Assembly: GCA_022842805.1 (NCBI GenBank)
Contig: JALHOX010000001.1
Location: 406-47,160, forward strand
Length of the DNA stretch: 46,755 nt
Direction: 5' to 3'
Origin: Phycisphaerae bacterium
GTDB taxonomy: Bacteria; Planctomycetota; Phycisphaerae; UBA1845; Fen-1342
Shown here: piece by piece, positions 25,459 through 33,970 of the stretch
Layout: every line of letters begins with the position of its first letter
How positions within the stretch are numbered: position 1 is the first letter of the stretch
The notes under the pieces: generated by a model
Databases searched by the model: none
Seen by the model: only the letters and a program-made list of their open reading frames with translations
What the model was told of the DNA's origin: nothing
Made by a program: the position numbers and the translations under genes

Positions 25459-26292
25459 TTGATCCCCCTCGTGCTCGGCGCTCTGGTGGTCGGTCTTTCG
25501 CTCGGGCTGCTCGGCTCGGGCGGATCGATCCTGACCGTGCCCGTGCTCCGCTATCTGCTGCATCACGGCGAAAAGGTGGCGATCGCCGAGTCCCTCGCCA
25601 TCGTCTGCGCCATCGCGTTGGCCAGCGCCGTGCCCTACGCCCTGCAACGTCTGCTCGACTGGCGCTCGGTGCTGCTCTTCGGCCTGCCGGGAATGGTCGG
25701 CACCTTTTGCGGCGCGTGGTTGGCGCGGTTCATCCCCGGAGCGGTACAACTGCTGATCTTCGCACTGGTCATGCTTTGGGCCGCGCAATTGATGTGGCGA
25801 CGAGGATTGCGAAGCCGCAATGCGAGCGGCGCAGAAACCAACTCAACAGATGCGACGACTGCGCTGTCGCAGTCCACAAGCGTCGTCGCCCCGCGCGCCG
25901 CCGGCAGGATCGCCCTTGAGGGCGTATCGGTCGGCGCGCTGACGGGCATTGTCGGCGTCGGCGGCGGGTTTCTGATTGTTCCCGCGCTCGTCATCCTGGG
26001 CGGCTTGCCGATGCGGCGCGCGGTGGGCACGAGCCTCGCCATTATCACGCTGCAATCGGGCACGGGCTTTGCGAAACATCTGAACGTGCTCCAGTCGCTG
26101 AATCTCGCAGTCGACTGGCGCGTCATCGGTTCGTTCATCGCCGTCGGCGTGGTCGGCAGTCTGATCGGCAAAACGCTGAATGCGTACATCAATCAGGATG
26201 CGCTGCGGCGCGGCTTTGCGGTGCTTCTGGTTGTGATGGGGTTGTTTGTACTGGTGAAGGAGGGCGCTGCGCTGGCGGGTGCGTCAGCGTAA
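25459..26292 (+). CDS. TauE/SafE (TSUP) family sulfite/anion exporter
   Basis: LGLLGSGGSILTVPVL... and a second half IVGVGGGFLIVPALVILGGLPMRRAVGTS. No ATG is available. TTG 25459 or GTG 25471 start. Confidence 0.85.
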   Translation: MIPLVLGALVVGLSLGLLGSGGSILTVPVLRYLLHHGEKVAIAESLAIVCAIALASAVPYALQRLLDWRSVLLFGLPGMVGTFCGAWLARFIPGAVQLLIFALVMLWAAQLMWRRGLRSRNASGAETNSTDATTALSQSTSVVAPRAAGRIALEGVSVGALTGIVGVGGGFLIVPALVILGGLPMRRAVGTSLAIITLQSGTGFAKHLNVLQSLNLAVDWRVIGSFIAVGVVGSLIGKTLNAYINQDALRRGFAVLLVVMGLFVLVKEGAALAGASA

Positions 26293-26352
26293 GGCGGGCT
26301 TGGATTCGGGGCAGCAGGGCGGGTTCCGCCCGCCTCTTGGGCCGCCGAAATA

Positions 26353-26403
26353 GAGGGCCGGTTTCGCATCACCGCAGGTAAGCGGCGGGTGAAACCGGCC
26401 CTC
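26353..26403. terminator. strong hairpin between convergent genes (13-bp stem)
   Basis: gagggccggtttc (26353-26365) pairs perfectly with gaaaccggccctc (26391-26403). No strong T-run on either side. Confidence 0.45.
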
Positions 26404-26440
26404 TCCCCTCATTGGCGAGTGATGCTCGCTCGATTGCTGC

Positions 26441-28915
26441 TTACCCGCCCGTCAGCAACGTCACGAACGGACTGATATCCGCCACTGTCACGAATCCGTC
26501 GTTGTTCAGGTCGGCGTTGTTGATGTTGCAACTCGGAAACGCGGCGGCGTAGCCCGACGGGTTGGTGAGCGCCAGGACGAAGCCGCCGATGTCGCCGACG
26601 GTGACGACCCCGTCGCAGTTCATGTCGCCCGCGAGGCGGCCGTTTTCGGCCAGCCAGTGATCGAGCAGATCACGCAGAGCTTCGGGCGGGTTGCTGGGCG
26701 GAAGCTGGCCGGTCTGATCAAACTGGCTCGGCCCGTGACACGAGGAGCAGACGCGGATTTCGCCCGGCTGAAAGGTGAGCCAGTTGCGCTCGCGCACCAC
26801 CGGCGTGCCGGTGGGATTGGTCAGTTGCCACGACAGCGCCCGCCGCGCCGGCACAAACGCCGCCACCGAACCGTCGAGCGCGACGCGGGCGCTAAAGGCC
26901 GGCCCCGCCGCGTTGGCCGGGTTCGCGTCGATCGCCGCCGCGTCGTGCAGCGGCTGCGCCAGCACTCGCCGACCGGGCCGCGGATTGCCGTTGTTGCTCA
27001 GGCTGCGGATCAAATCGGCCTGGAAAAGCTGCAAATGGGCCACGTCGTAAATGCGTCCCCCGGCGCCGATCGTCTGCGTGCCGCCCGGCACGCGCAGGTT
27101 GAAGGGCTGCTGCACGTCAAAGTCATCACGATTGGTAACGTCTCGGGCGACGATGAGTGCCAGGTTGCGCTGCTGCAGATACTGCTGCATCTCGGCGATG
27201 CTCACGCCCGCTTCGGCGAAAATCTGCTGCTCAATCGTCGGCACCGGCGTCGTTCGCCGCGCGGGCCGCGTGCGCGGGCGAACCTCGACCGCCTGCCATT
27301 CCCAAAGCCGCCCCGAATAGCTCACGAGCACATCGGGATCCCAGTAGCTGATGGTCTTGGTGATGCCCGCGGGGCCGGTCAGCGTCGCGCCGCCGACGGA
27401 GTAGCCATTGCCGCCGGGCGCGAGCAGCTTCAGGCGAAAGTCGTAGCGCGAGCCGGGATTGGCGCGCGTGCCGGTATTGGCGTCGGGCCGCGTCTCGCTG
27501 GTGTGCGTCGCGACGATCGATCCATCCGACAGCGGCAGTACGTCGCGATAGAGCCCCGAGTGATTGGCGCTGGGCGTCGCGTCGGGCTGCGACGTGTCGC
27601 GGTGGGTGATGTACTCGATCGAAACATGATCCGCATCGAGCGACGGCGGCGCGAACAGCCGCACCACCTGCCCCGCCGCGTGAGTCTGAAACTCCGGCGC
27701 GTCGACGCCCCAATAGCGCCCCGGCTGCGTCGGATCTTCCTTCACTTGCAGCAGATTCAGAATCTCGTTGGCGTTGAAGCGCGCCATCTGGCCATAGAAA
27801 TCTTCGACGTTCGGGTCGTCGTTGATCGAGGCGGGGATGTAGCCGTGCAACTCATGGCGGCCGAGGTGATTGAGAATCTCGAGGTCCGTGCCGTCCTCGT
27901 TCATCTGCCACGGGAAAAAGTGGTTGAAGCTGTGGCCGACCAGATTGGTCCCCGCCAGCAAATCCTGCCGCGCCGCGCGCGGCTCCGGATATACCTCGCT
28001 CCGATCGTTGAAAAGCGGCGTCGCGTTGGCCGCCTCGCTCGACCAGTTGAATGTGCCATAAGGCGGCGTCTGGCCGGCCGGCGTTCCGGCGTCGGCGTCG
28101 GCCTGCTGGTCGCGCTGCAGGTGGTCCCACTGGGTAAAGAGCACGCGACCGAAGCTGTCGAGGATCGGCGTAAAGTTGCCCGAGGGCGCGTGGTTCAGCA
28201 GCCGCAGGTCGCCCGTCGCCGGGTTGAGCGACCAGAGCCCCGTGTTCGTCGCCGCTTCCTCATACTCGTCCAACTGCGGGTGCAGATGGGCCGAGCCGTC
28301 GCGCGGGCGGTCGCTGCTGAAGAGAATCTGGTCGTCGCTGCCATAGAGCGGCGTGATGTTGTTGTAGTTCGCCGGCTGATTGCTCACGAGCGTGATGACC
28401 GGCGTCTGGCCCGCTCCGAATTGGGTGATCTCGTAGATCTGCCAATAGCGAGTGATCTGCTGATATTGCTGCGTCGGCGCGCCGACCACCATGCTGAAAA
28501 GTGCTTTCGTCCCCGACCAATGCACCGACGGATCGCGCACCGCGATCGCGTTCGCCCCCTGTTGGCCGCTCATGCCGTAGCCCGCCGCCTGCGTCAGGTT
28601 GCGCAGCGTTCCGTCGGCGTATCGAATCCACAGGTCGCCGCCACGCCCGACCGACGACATGCTGGTGCGGTGATTGCCGAAGACCGACCCGATCGTGACA
28701 AAATCGCCCGGGATCGGAATCTGCGTTACGAACAGAATCGGGTAGGGCGTCGCCTGCCCTTGCTCGATACCGCCCGCCGCGGCGCCCGTCGCGCCGCCAG
28801 CGGCCATTCCGGCCTCAACAGTCGGTGCGGCGGGTGGGCCTCCGGCATGAGCGACGCTCGGCGAAATGATCATCGCCAAGCCGCACAACGTCCGAGGATT
28901 CAACAAGATACGCAT
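26441..28915 (-). CDS. secreted large protein (possibly TolB/PD40-like beta-propeller) with a single CxxCH motif and a C-terminal dockerin-like module
   Basis: Start moved to ATG 28915 (GGAGG 6 nt upstream; MRILLNPRTLCGLAMIISPSVAHA signal). CSSCH at 26735-26749. The fold assignment is tentative. Confidence 0.8.
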   Translation of the reverse strand: MRILLNPRTLCGLAMIISPSVAHAGGPPAAPTVEAGMAAGGATGAAAGGIEQGQATPYPILFVTQIPIPGDFVTIGSVFGNHRTSMSSVGRGGDLWIRYADGTLRNLTQAAGYGMSGQQGANAIAVRDPSVHWSGTKALFSMVVGAPTQQYQQITRYWQIYEITQFGAGQTPVITLVSNQPANYNNITPLYGSDDQILFSSDRPRDGSAHLHPQLDEYEEAATNTGLWSLNPATGDLRLLNHAPSGNFTPILDSFGRVLFTQWDHLQRDQQADADAGTPAGQTPPYGTFNWSSEAANATPLFNDRSEVYPEPRAARQDLLAGTNLVGHSFNHFFPWQMNEDGTDLEILNHLGRHELHGYIPASINDDPNVEDFYGQMARFNANEILNLLQVKEDPTQPGRYWGVDAPEFQTHAAGQVVRLFAPPSLDADHVSIEYITHRDTSQPDATPSANHSGLYRDVLPLSDGSIVATHTSETRPDANTGTRANPGSRYDFRLKLLAPGGNGYSVGGATLTGPAGITKTISYWDPDVLVSYSGRLWEWQAVEVRPRTRPARRTTPVPTIEQQIFAEAGVSIAEMQQYLQQRNLALIVARDVTNRDDFDVQQPFNLRVPGGTQTIGAGGRIYDVAHLQLFQADLIRSLSNNGNPRPGRRVLAQPLHDAAAIDANPANAAGPAFSARVALDGSVAAFVPARRALSWQLTNPTGTPVVRERNWLTFQPGEIRVCSSCHGPSQFDQTGQLPPSNPPEALRDLLDHWLAENGRLAGDMNCDGVVTVGDIGGFVLALTNPSGYAAAFPSCNINNADLNNDGFVTVADISPFVTLLTGG
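26444..26629 (-). other. 62-aa dockerin-like module (two EF-hand-like loops), copy 1
   Basis: GDMNCDGVVTVGDIGGFVLALTNPSGYAAAFPSCNINNADLNNDGFVTVADISPFVTLLTGG-stop. Confidence 0.8.
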
Positions 28916-29227
28916 CGAAAACCTCCGGAAAAAAGGACCGCCCGCGCGCAACGCGTCGAGACGCGTCGGGCCCAGGCGGAAAACGCTGGCGGGGTGATTC
29001 GGTCTGCCGGATAGGAGATGCGCCCGCCCGCGGCGCAGCATTGCGCCCCAGGCGTGGTCACGGTCGATTCACCGACGAAGCAACGGACTCTCGAGCGCAT
29101 CCCGGTGATCCCAGCAAGACACCGATGGATCTACTCGAACGTGTGTGCGGCGTTCGCAGCGGCGGAGAATACCCGCCGCCCCGCCCATCGCAATGCCCCG
29201 CAAGCGCGATTGTCCGCCCGCGTGCCC

Positions 29228-29279
29228 GCGAGTCGACGCGGCGAGTCGATCAGGCGATTCAATGCCGCGAGTCAATGCG
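29228..29279. repeat. 4 x 13-nt tandem repeat (consensus GCGAGTCRAYGCG) in a long intergenic region
   Basis: Units start at 29228, 29241, 29254 (degenerate: gcgattcaatgcc) and 29267. Confidence 0.8.
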
Positions 29280-29380
29280 GCCGCCGCGACCGTCACACGC
29301 GGCGAACACGACCCGCGAGCGACAGGTTGAATCGGCGACCGTGGTTGCGGTCAGTAACGCACAGCATCAGCCCGCCCCGC

Positions 29381-29425
29381 AACAAAACAAAAAAAAAACA
29401 CGACCGAAGCCGGCGGCCTCGGTCG
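29381..29425 (-). terminator. intrinsic terminator of gene 29466..31307
   Basis: Minus strand: cgaccgaggccgccggcttcggtcg hairpin (one mismatch) followed by TGTTTTTTTTTTGTTTTGTT. Confidence 0.8.
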
Positions 29426-29465
29426 CGTTGTGCAGCGGCATGGGTGCGCCTGGGCTACGCGTGTG

Positions 29466-31307
29466 TTACGCCCCGGTCAGCAACGCCGCGAACCCGCCAA
29501 TATCCCCTACGGTCACAAAGCCGTCGTTGTTAATGTCCGCGTTGAGGATGTCGCACCCCGGATTCGCTGTCGTGTAGCCAGCCGGATCGGTCAGCGCGAG
29601 CACGAACCCGCCAACGTCCCCGACCGTGACGAAGCCGTCGCAGTTCATGTCGCCGGGGAAGAGCGGTGTGGGGGCGGCGAACACATACGCGGCGCCGGCT
29701 TGCGGCGCGCTGTTGTCGGTCTGATTTCCATTCACACCCGTCGCAGCGCTATCTTCTGCAACTGCACCCACTAGCAGCGCGTCGCCGGAGGCCGCCACGG
29801 AACATCCGAACCCGTCGACAGCGCCCGTATTTGAGGCCTTGAGGTAAGCCTGCTGGCTCCAGGTCGTACCGCTGCGAACGAAGGTATAGGCGGCGCCGGC
29901 TGAGGGTGCGCTATTGTCGGCCTGGTTCCCATTCAGGCCCGTCGCGGCACCGTCTTCCGAAAGCGCGCCCACTACCACCTTGTCGCCGGAAATTGCCACC
30001 GCGTAGCCAAACCCGTCACCAGCGTCCGTATTTGAGGCCTTCATGTAGGCTTGCGGGCTCCATCCGTTTGCGCCGCGAACGAACACGTAGGCGGCGCCGG
30101 ATCCGCTTGTCGCGTTGTCGGCCTGATTCCCATTTACGCCCGTCGCGGCGCTGTCTTCGCCCACCGCGCCCACCACCACCGTGTCACCGGAAACCGCCAC
30201 CGGGAAGCCGAACCGGTCATCCGAACCCGAATTCGCCGCCTTCACGTAGGCCTGCTGGCTCCAAGTCGGGCCTTTGCGGACGAAGACATAGGCGGCGCCG
30301 GCGTCTTCCGCCCCGTCGTCGGCCTGATTCCCGTTCACGTCCGTCGCGGCGCTGTCTTCAAACGGCGCGCCCACCGCAACCGTTTCGCCGGAGACCGCCA
30401 CCGAATAGGCGAATCGGTCCGCAATACCCGTGTTTGAGGCCTTGAGGTAGGCCTGCTGGCTCCAGGTCGCACCGCTGCGAACGAAGACATAGGCGGCGCC
30501 GGCACTGAATGCAGTGTTGTCGGCCTGATTCCCATTCACGCCCGTGGCGGCGCTACCTTCTTGATACGCGCCCACCACCACCGTGTCGCTGGAGATCGCA
30601 ACTGACCAGCCGAACACGTCACCCGTACTGGTATTCGAGGCCTTGAGATAGGCCTGCTGTTCCCAGGTCGAACCACTGCGAACGAAAACATAGGCGGCGC
30701 CGGCGGCGGCGGCCGTGTTGTCGGACTGATTCCCATCCACGCCCGTTGCGGCGCTGGCCTCTCCGGGCGCGCCCACCAAAACCGTATCGCCGCAGATCGC
30801 CACCGAGGTGCCGAAGTAGTCACTTGAACCAGTGTTCGAGGCCTTCAGGTAGGCCTGCTGGCTCCAGGTCGTACCGTTGCGAACGAACACGTACGCGGCA
30901 CCGGAGTCAATTGCGCTGTTGTCGGCCTGATTCCCGTTCACGCCCGTCGCGGCGTTGTCTTCATTGGGCGTGCCCACCACGACCGTGTCGTCGGAGAGCG
31001 CCACCGAATGGCCGAACCAGTCATTAGCGCTCGTGTTCGACGCCTTCAGGTAAGCCTGTTGCTCGAACGGGTCGAGACCCCGGAGAAATTCGTCCGACTC
31101 CACTTCCGCCTGCCGGGCCGCGGCGTATGCGGTGCGAATGCTGGCCCAGTCCGCCGCCGACAGGTCCTTCGGCACCGCACCCTCGGGCACCGCGCTTGCA
31201 ACCCGCCCGGTCGGATCCGATGCAGCAACGCCGCCCGCCATCGCCGTTACGACGAGCAGCCCCGCGCTCATCGCGCGAACGATCGTCTCGATCCTCCAAG
31301 TGATCAT
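29466..31307 (-). CDS. secreted FG-GAP/integrin-alpha-like seven-bladed beta-propeller protein with a C-terminal dockerin-like module
   Basis: Seven 67-aa repeats: AYLKASNT..D.FG.SVA.SGDT.VVGA..E.SAATGVNGNQADN....GAAYVFVR.G.TWSQQ. N-terminal signal-like MSAGLLVVTAMAGGVAA. Confidence 0.85.
   Translation of the reverse strand: MITWRIETIVRAMSAGLLVVTAMAGGVAASDPTGRVASAVPEGAVPKDLSAADWASIRTAYAAARQAEVESDEFLRGLDPFEQQAYLKASNTSANDWFGHSVALSDDTVVVGTPNEDNAATGVNGNQADNSAIDSGAAYVFVRNGTTWSQQAYLKASNTGSSDYFGTSVAICGDTVLVGAPGEASAATGVDGNQSDNTAAAAGAAYVFVRSGSTWEQQAYLKASNTSTGDVFGWSVAISSDTVVVGAYQEGSAATGVNGNQADNTAFSAGAAYVFVRSGATWSQQAYLKASNTGIADRFAYSVAVSGETVAVGAPFEDSAATDVNGNQADDGAEDAGAAYVFVRKGPTWSQQAYVKAANSGSDDRFGFPVAVSGDTVVVGAVGEDSAATGVNGNQADNATSGSGAAYVFVRGANGWSPQAYMKASNTDAGDGFGYAVAISGDKVVVGALSEDGAATGLNGNQADNSAPSAGAAYTFVRSGTTWSQQAYLKASNTGAVDGFGCSVAASGDALLVGAVAEDSAATGVNGNQTDNSAPQAGAAYVFAAPTPLFPGDMNCDGFVTVGDVGGFVLALTDPAGYTTANPGCDILNADINNDGFVTVGDIGGFAALLTGA
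29469..29654 (-). other. 62-aa dockerin-like module, copy 2
   Basis: GDMNCDGFVTVGDVGGFVLALTDPAGYTTANPGCDILNADINNDGFVTVGDIGGFAALLTGA-stop. Confidence 0.8.
29670..31055 (-). repeat. 7 tandem 201-nt coding repeats (FG-GAP blades)
   Basis: Exact 67-codon periodicity counted from A85 of the protein. Long identical peptide stretches recur between units (AYLKASNT, GAAYVFVR, SAATGVNGNQADN). Confidence 0.85.
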
Positions 31308-31537
31308 CGGCTACCCCATTTCAAGAGACTTGCACACCCAAAGCGGTTGCGCGGCACACGAATGTCGCAAATCGACGGCCCGCCGCCGTGCGTCAATCGA
31401 AGATTGAAGATATCGATCCGGGAAGCGCGACTCAACCAAAAAAAACGCCACGACTCGCCAACGCGATGGTCTTCGCGCAGCGGCCCCCGCCCGTCGCCCG
31501 CCGCGCAGTGCAAAAGCAACGCGTCCCCCGGGCAAAC

Positions 31538-32761
31538 TCAGCGCGGCGCCGCCGACTCCAGCGCTTTCACAAACTCCGCCCCCAGCTTGTCGCGCGAAAA
31601 GTCGCGCTCCGCCAGCGCTCGGCCGCGCGCCCCCATCTGCTTCAGTTCGCCGCGCCGTTCGTGGAACTTCAGACATGCATCCGCAAACGCCCGCGGATCA
31701 TCCGGCGGCACGACAATCCCGCAGCGATTCTCTTCGATCATCCCCGCCAGCCAGCCCGGATAGTTGTTCAGCACTGGAATCCCGCTGGCGATGTAATCAA
31801 AAAACTTGTTGGGCGACGTGCCGTAATAAAACGCCGGCAGGTTTTGCAGGATCATCAGCCCCACGTCGAGCTGCGGCAGCAGCCGCGCCAGCTCGTTCTT
31901 GGGCATCGACGGCAGCCACGTGCAATAGTCGTTCAGCCCCTCGGCGTTGCTCCGCGCCACCAGCTTGTCCTTCTGGCCGCCCTGGCCGATGAAGATGAAC
32001 CGCACGCCTCGGGCCCCACGCCGCTTCAGCTCCGCCGCCGCGTCGAGCACGCTGTCGAGGCCGTTGGCAAGTCCATGCGCACCGGTGAAGACGAAGCGCG
32101 TGTCCTCCAGCGGGCCAAAGCGCGGGTCGGCGCTCCGCTCCGTCGAAGGCAGCCACAGATCGGTGTCGGCGGCATTCGGGATCATGCTGGTCTGCGCCGC
32201 CGGATAGCCCGTGCGAATCACCCCTTCGCGAATTCCCGGCGACAGGGCCACGATGTGCCTGGCTGCGAAGTAGATCTGCTTTTCGAGCCGCTGCAAATAC
32301 CACTTGATCAGCGGGTTTTTCACAATCCCCATCGCGATCGGCACTTCCGGCCACAGATCGCGCACTTCAAACACGAAGCGCGCGCCCAGCTTTCGCGAAC
32401 CCTTCATCCCCGGAATGCCAACGGTCAGCGGCGTCGACGTTGCGAAAACCAGGTCGGCCTCGCTGTCGCGCACCACCTGCGTCGCCGTCTGCGCAAATCG
32501 CCAAAAAGCCAGCACACGCCGTGCAAAACCCATCTTGTTGGCGTATGGCTCCGCGATGACGCGTACGTTGATTCCGTCGATCGTCTCGTCGTTGACGCGC
32601 TTCTCAAGCTTGCCGAAAGAGGGCGCGTTCAGGTCGCTGGAACCGCAGACCATCGTCACGCGATGTCCGGCGGCAATTAGCCGGCGGGCCATCTCGTAAG
32701 ACCGGGTCCCGGTCATGCCCTGCTTCGTCGAAAAGTGCTGGTGGATATAGCAAATGTGCAT
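31538..32761 (-). CDS. glycosyltransferase family 4 (WbuB-like)
   Basis: Start moved to ATG 32761 (MHICYIHQHFSTKQGMTGTRSYEMARRLIAAGHRVTMVC). The N-terminal 68 codons of the track ORF are the antisense reading of the tRNA gene and its spacer. Confidence 0.85.
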   Translation of the reverse strand: MHICYIHQHFSTKQGMTGTRSYEMARRLIAAGHRVTMVCGSSDLNAPSFGKLEKRVNDETIDGINVRVIAEPYANKMGFARRVLAFWRFAQTATQVVRDSEADLVFATSTPLTVGIPGMKGSRKLGARFVFEVRDLWPEVPIAMGIVKNPLIKWYLQRLEKQIYFAARHIVALSPGIREGVIRTGYPAAQTSMIPNAADTDLWLPSTERSADPRFGPLEDTRFVFTGAHGLANGLDSVLDAAAELKRRGARGVRFIFIGQGGQKDKLVARSNAEGLNDYCTWLPSMPKNELARLLPQLDVGLMILQNLPAFYYGTSPNKFFDYIASGIPVLNNYPGWLAGMIEENRCGIVVPPDDPRAFADACLKFHERRGELKQMGARGRALAERDFSRDKLGAEFVKALESAAPR

Positions 32762-32884
32762 CGACGCAGAATAGGGCTGGAGGGGTAGGGGGGAGAAGGG
32801 GCTGAGCGAGCTTGTGCCCGGGCGCATCAGCCGCCCGCGCACTGCCGCCGCCCTTGTCGCGGTCGCGCACGCGTCCCCAAAAAC

Positions 32885-32971
32885 CGGAGCGGGTGGGATT
32901 CGAACCCACGGTGCAGTTTCCCGCACACACGCTTTCCAAGCGTGCTCCTTCGGCCACTCGGACACCGCTCC
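32885..32971 (-). tRNA. tRNA-Ser (anticodon GGA), type II with a long variable arm; CCA not encoded
   Basis: GGAGCGG-TG-TCCGAGTGGCCGAAGGAG-CACGC-TTGGAAA-GCGTG-TGTGCGGGAAACTGCACC-GTGGG-TTCGAAT-CCCAC-CCGCTCC-G folds as a cloverleaf. Confidence 0.95.
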
Positions 32972-33034
32972 AAATCAGATTGCCCCGAACTATACCCCAA
33001 ACGCCGCCCCCGGCAGACACGATCTTACCCCGCC

Positions 33035-33970
33035 TCACGTCGCCGGGTTGCGGACCCGCCCGCGCCCGGCGGAGCGCAGTTTCGCGAGACTCGTCGCGAT
33101 CCGCTGCACATGCTCCGGCCCCACGCCGCAGCAGCCGCCGACCACGCCCGCCCCGGCGTCGATCCACTGTCGCACCGGACGCGCAAAATCCTCCGGCGTC
33201 GCCGTGTAGACGACCCGGTCATCGACCAGCTCGGGAACCCCGGCGCTCGGCTTCAGCCAGATCGGCCCCTTGCTGCCCGCGTGCAGCGCCACCAGCGCCG
33301 GCAACGCCGCCGCGAACCCCGCGCCGCAATTGCTCCCGACGATCGTGGCCCCCGCGTCCAACAGCGGCCGGGCTGCGTCGGCGGCCTCAAGGCCCGCGAT
33401 GGTGCGCGTCCGCTGCGGTCCCGAGTCAAACGACAGACATGCCACGATCGGCAGCTTCGTCGCCTCGCGACACGCCTCGATCGCCAGCAGCAGTTCGCTC
33501 AACTCGCTGAAGGTCTCCAGAAGCAGCAGATTCACTCCCCCCTCCGCCAGCGCCGCCGCGCTCTCGGCGTAGCTCGCTCGCAGCTCCGCAGCGCTCACCT
33601 CCTGCACCGCCAGGATCGCGCCGCTCGCCCCCAGCACCCCCGCGATCAGCACCTCGTGCTTTCCACCGATCGCTTGCCGAGCAAGCTGCGCCCCGGCGCG
33701 GCAAAGCTCGACGGCCGAAGGAAGCGGCGGATCGAGCTGGCGCGATCGCAGCGCCGCCGACGTCGCGGCAAAGGTGTTGGTGGAGAGAAACTCGGCCCCG
33801 GCCTTCACATACTCACGCGAAAGGGCCAGCACCAGCTCCGGCGCGCGAACATTCAGCAGCTCCGCCGGCTCTCGTGCGCCCAGCCCGGCCCGCTGCCGAA
33901 GAATGCTGCTCCACGCGCCGTCGGCGACGCGCGGCGACGCGAGCCAGGCGCGGAGCTGATCGGGAGTCAT
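33035..33970 (-). CDS. homocysteine S-methyltransferase domain protein (MetH N-terminal / MmuM-like)
   Basis: EYVKAGAEFLSTNTFAA, LLLETFSELSE, zinc ligands GSNCGAG and GGCCGVGPEHV. Confidence 0.85.
   Translation of the reverse strand: MTPDQLRAWLASPRVADGAWSSILRQRAGLGAREPAELLNVRAPELVLALSREYVKAGAEFLSTNTFAATSAALRSRQLDPPLPSAVELCRAGAQLARQAIGGKHEVLIAGVLGASGAILAVQEVSAAELRASYAESAAALAEGGVNLLLLETFSELSELLLAIEACREATKLPIVACLSFDSGPQRTRTIAGLEAADAARPLLDAGATIVGSNCGAGFAAALPALVALHAGSKGPIWLKPSAGVPELVDDRVVYTATPEDFARPVRQWIDAGAGVVGGCCGVGPEHVQRIATSLAKLRSAGRGRVRNPAT

Noticed and set aside
26657-29014. 785-aa plus-strand ORF, and the similar long ORFs 6536..7696 -, 9350..10801 +, 11797..13401 -, 18261..19346 -, 19410..20336 -, 20306..21217 -, 21941..23398 +, 23305..24693 -, 31388..32680 +, 32942..34009 +, 36090..37382 +, 36925..38382 +, 38505..39296 +, 40315..42075 -, 41262..42644 +
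   Set aside because: All are Arg/Gly/Pro-rich. They are antisense or out of frame to genes with recognisable domains, and they lack signal peptides, SD sites and family motifs.
28916-29041. N-terminal extension of the large secreted protein (track start 29041), and ORF 29069..29296 -
   Set aside because: The extension contains the GGAGG SD and a T6 tract and precedes a perfect signal peptide at ATG 28915. The 75-aa ORF is Arg/Ala-rich with no support.
29670-31055. Possible CRISPR array or diversity-generating retroelement target, because of regular repeats
   Set aside because: The 201-nt period is in-frame protein repeats (FG-GAP blades). There is no spacer-repeat structure, no cas genes, no reverse transcriptase and no template repeat nearby.
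31437-31444. A8/T8 tract downstream of the GT4 gene as an intrinsic terminator
   Set aside because: On the minus strand the T8 run is present, but I could not find a convincing preceding stem (only weak cga-g-tcg pairing). Left unannotated.
32762-32965. N-terminal extension of the glycosyltransferase ORF (MSEWPKEHAWKACVRETAPWVRIPPAPV...)
   Set aside because: This peptide is the well-known translation of a tRNA-Ser gene. The region is tRNA-Ser(GGA) at 32885-32971 plus spacer. The real start is ATG 32761.
32885-32971. tRNA-Ser as a possible genomic-island integration site
   Set aside because: No integrase, no direct repeat of the tRNA 3' end and no compositional break noticed on either side. 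The neighbours are a GT4 and a homocysteine methyltransferase gene.
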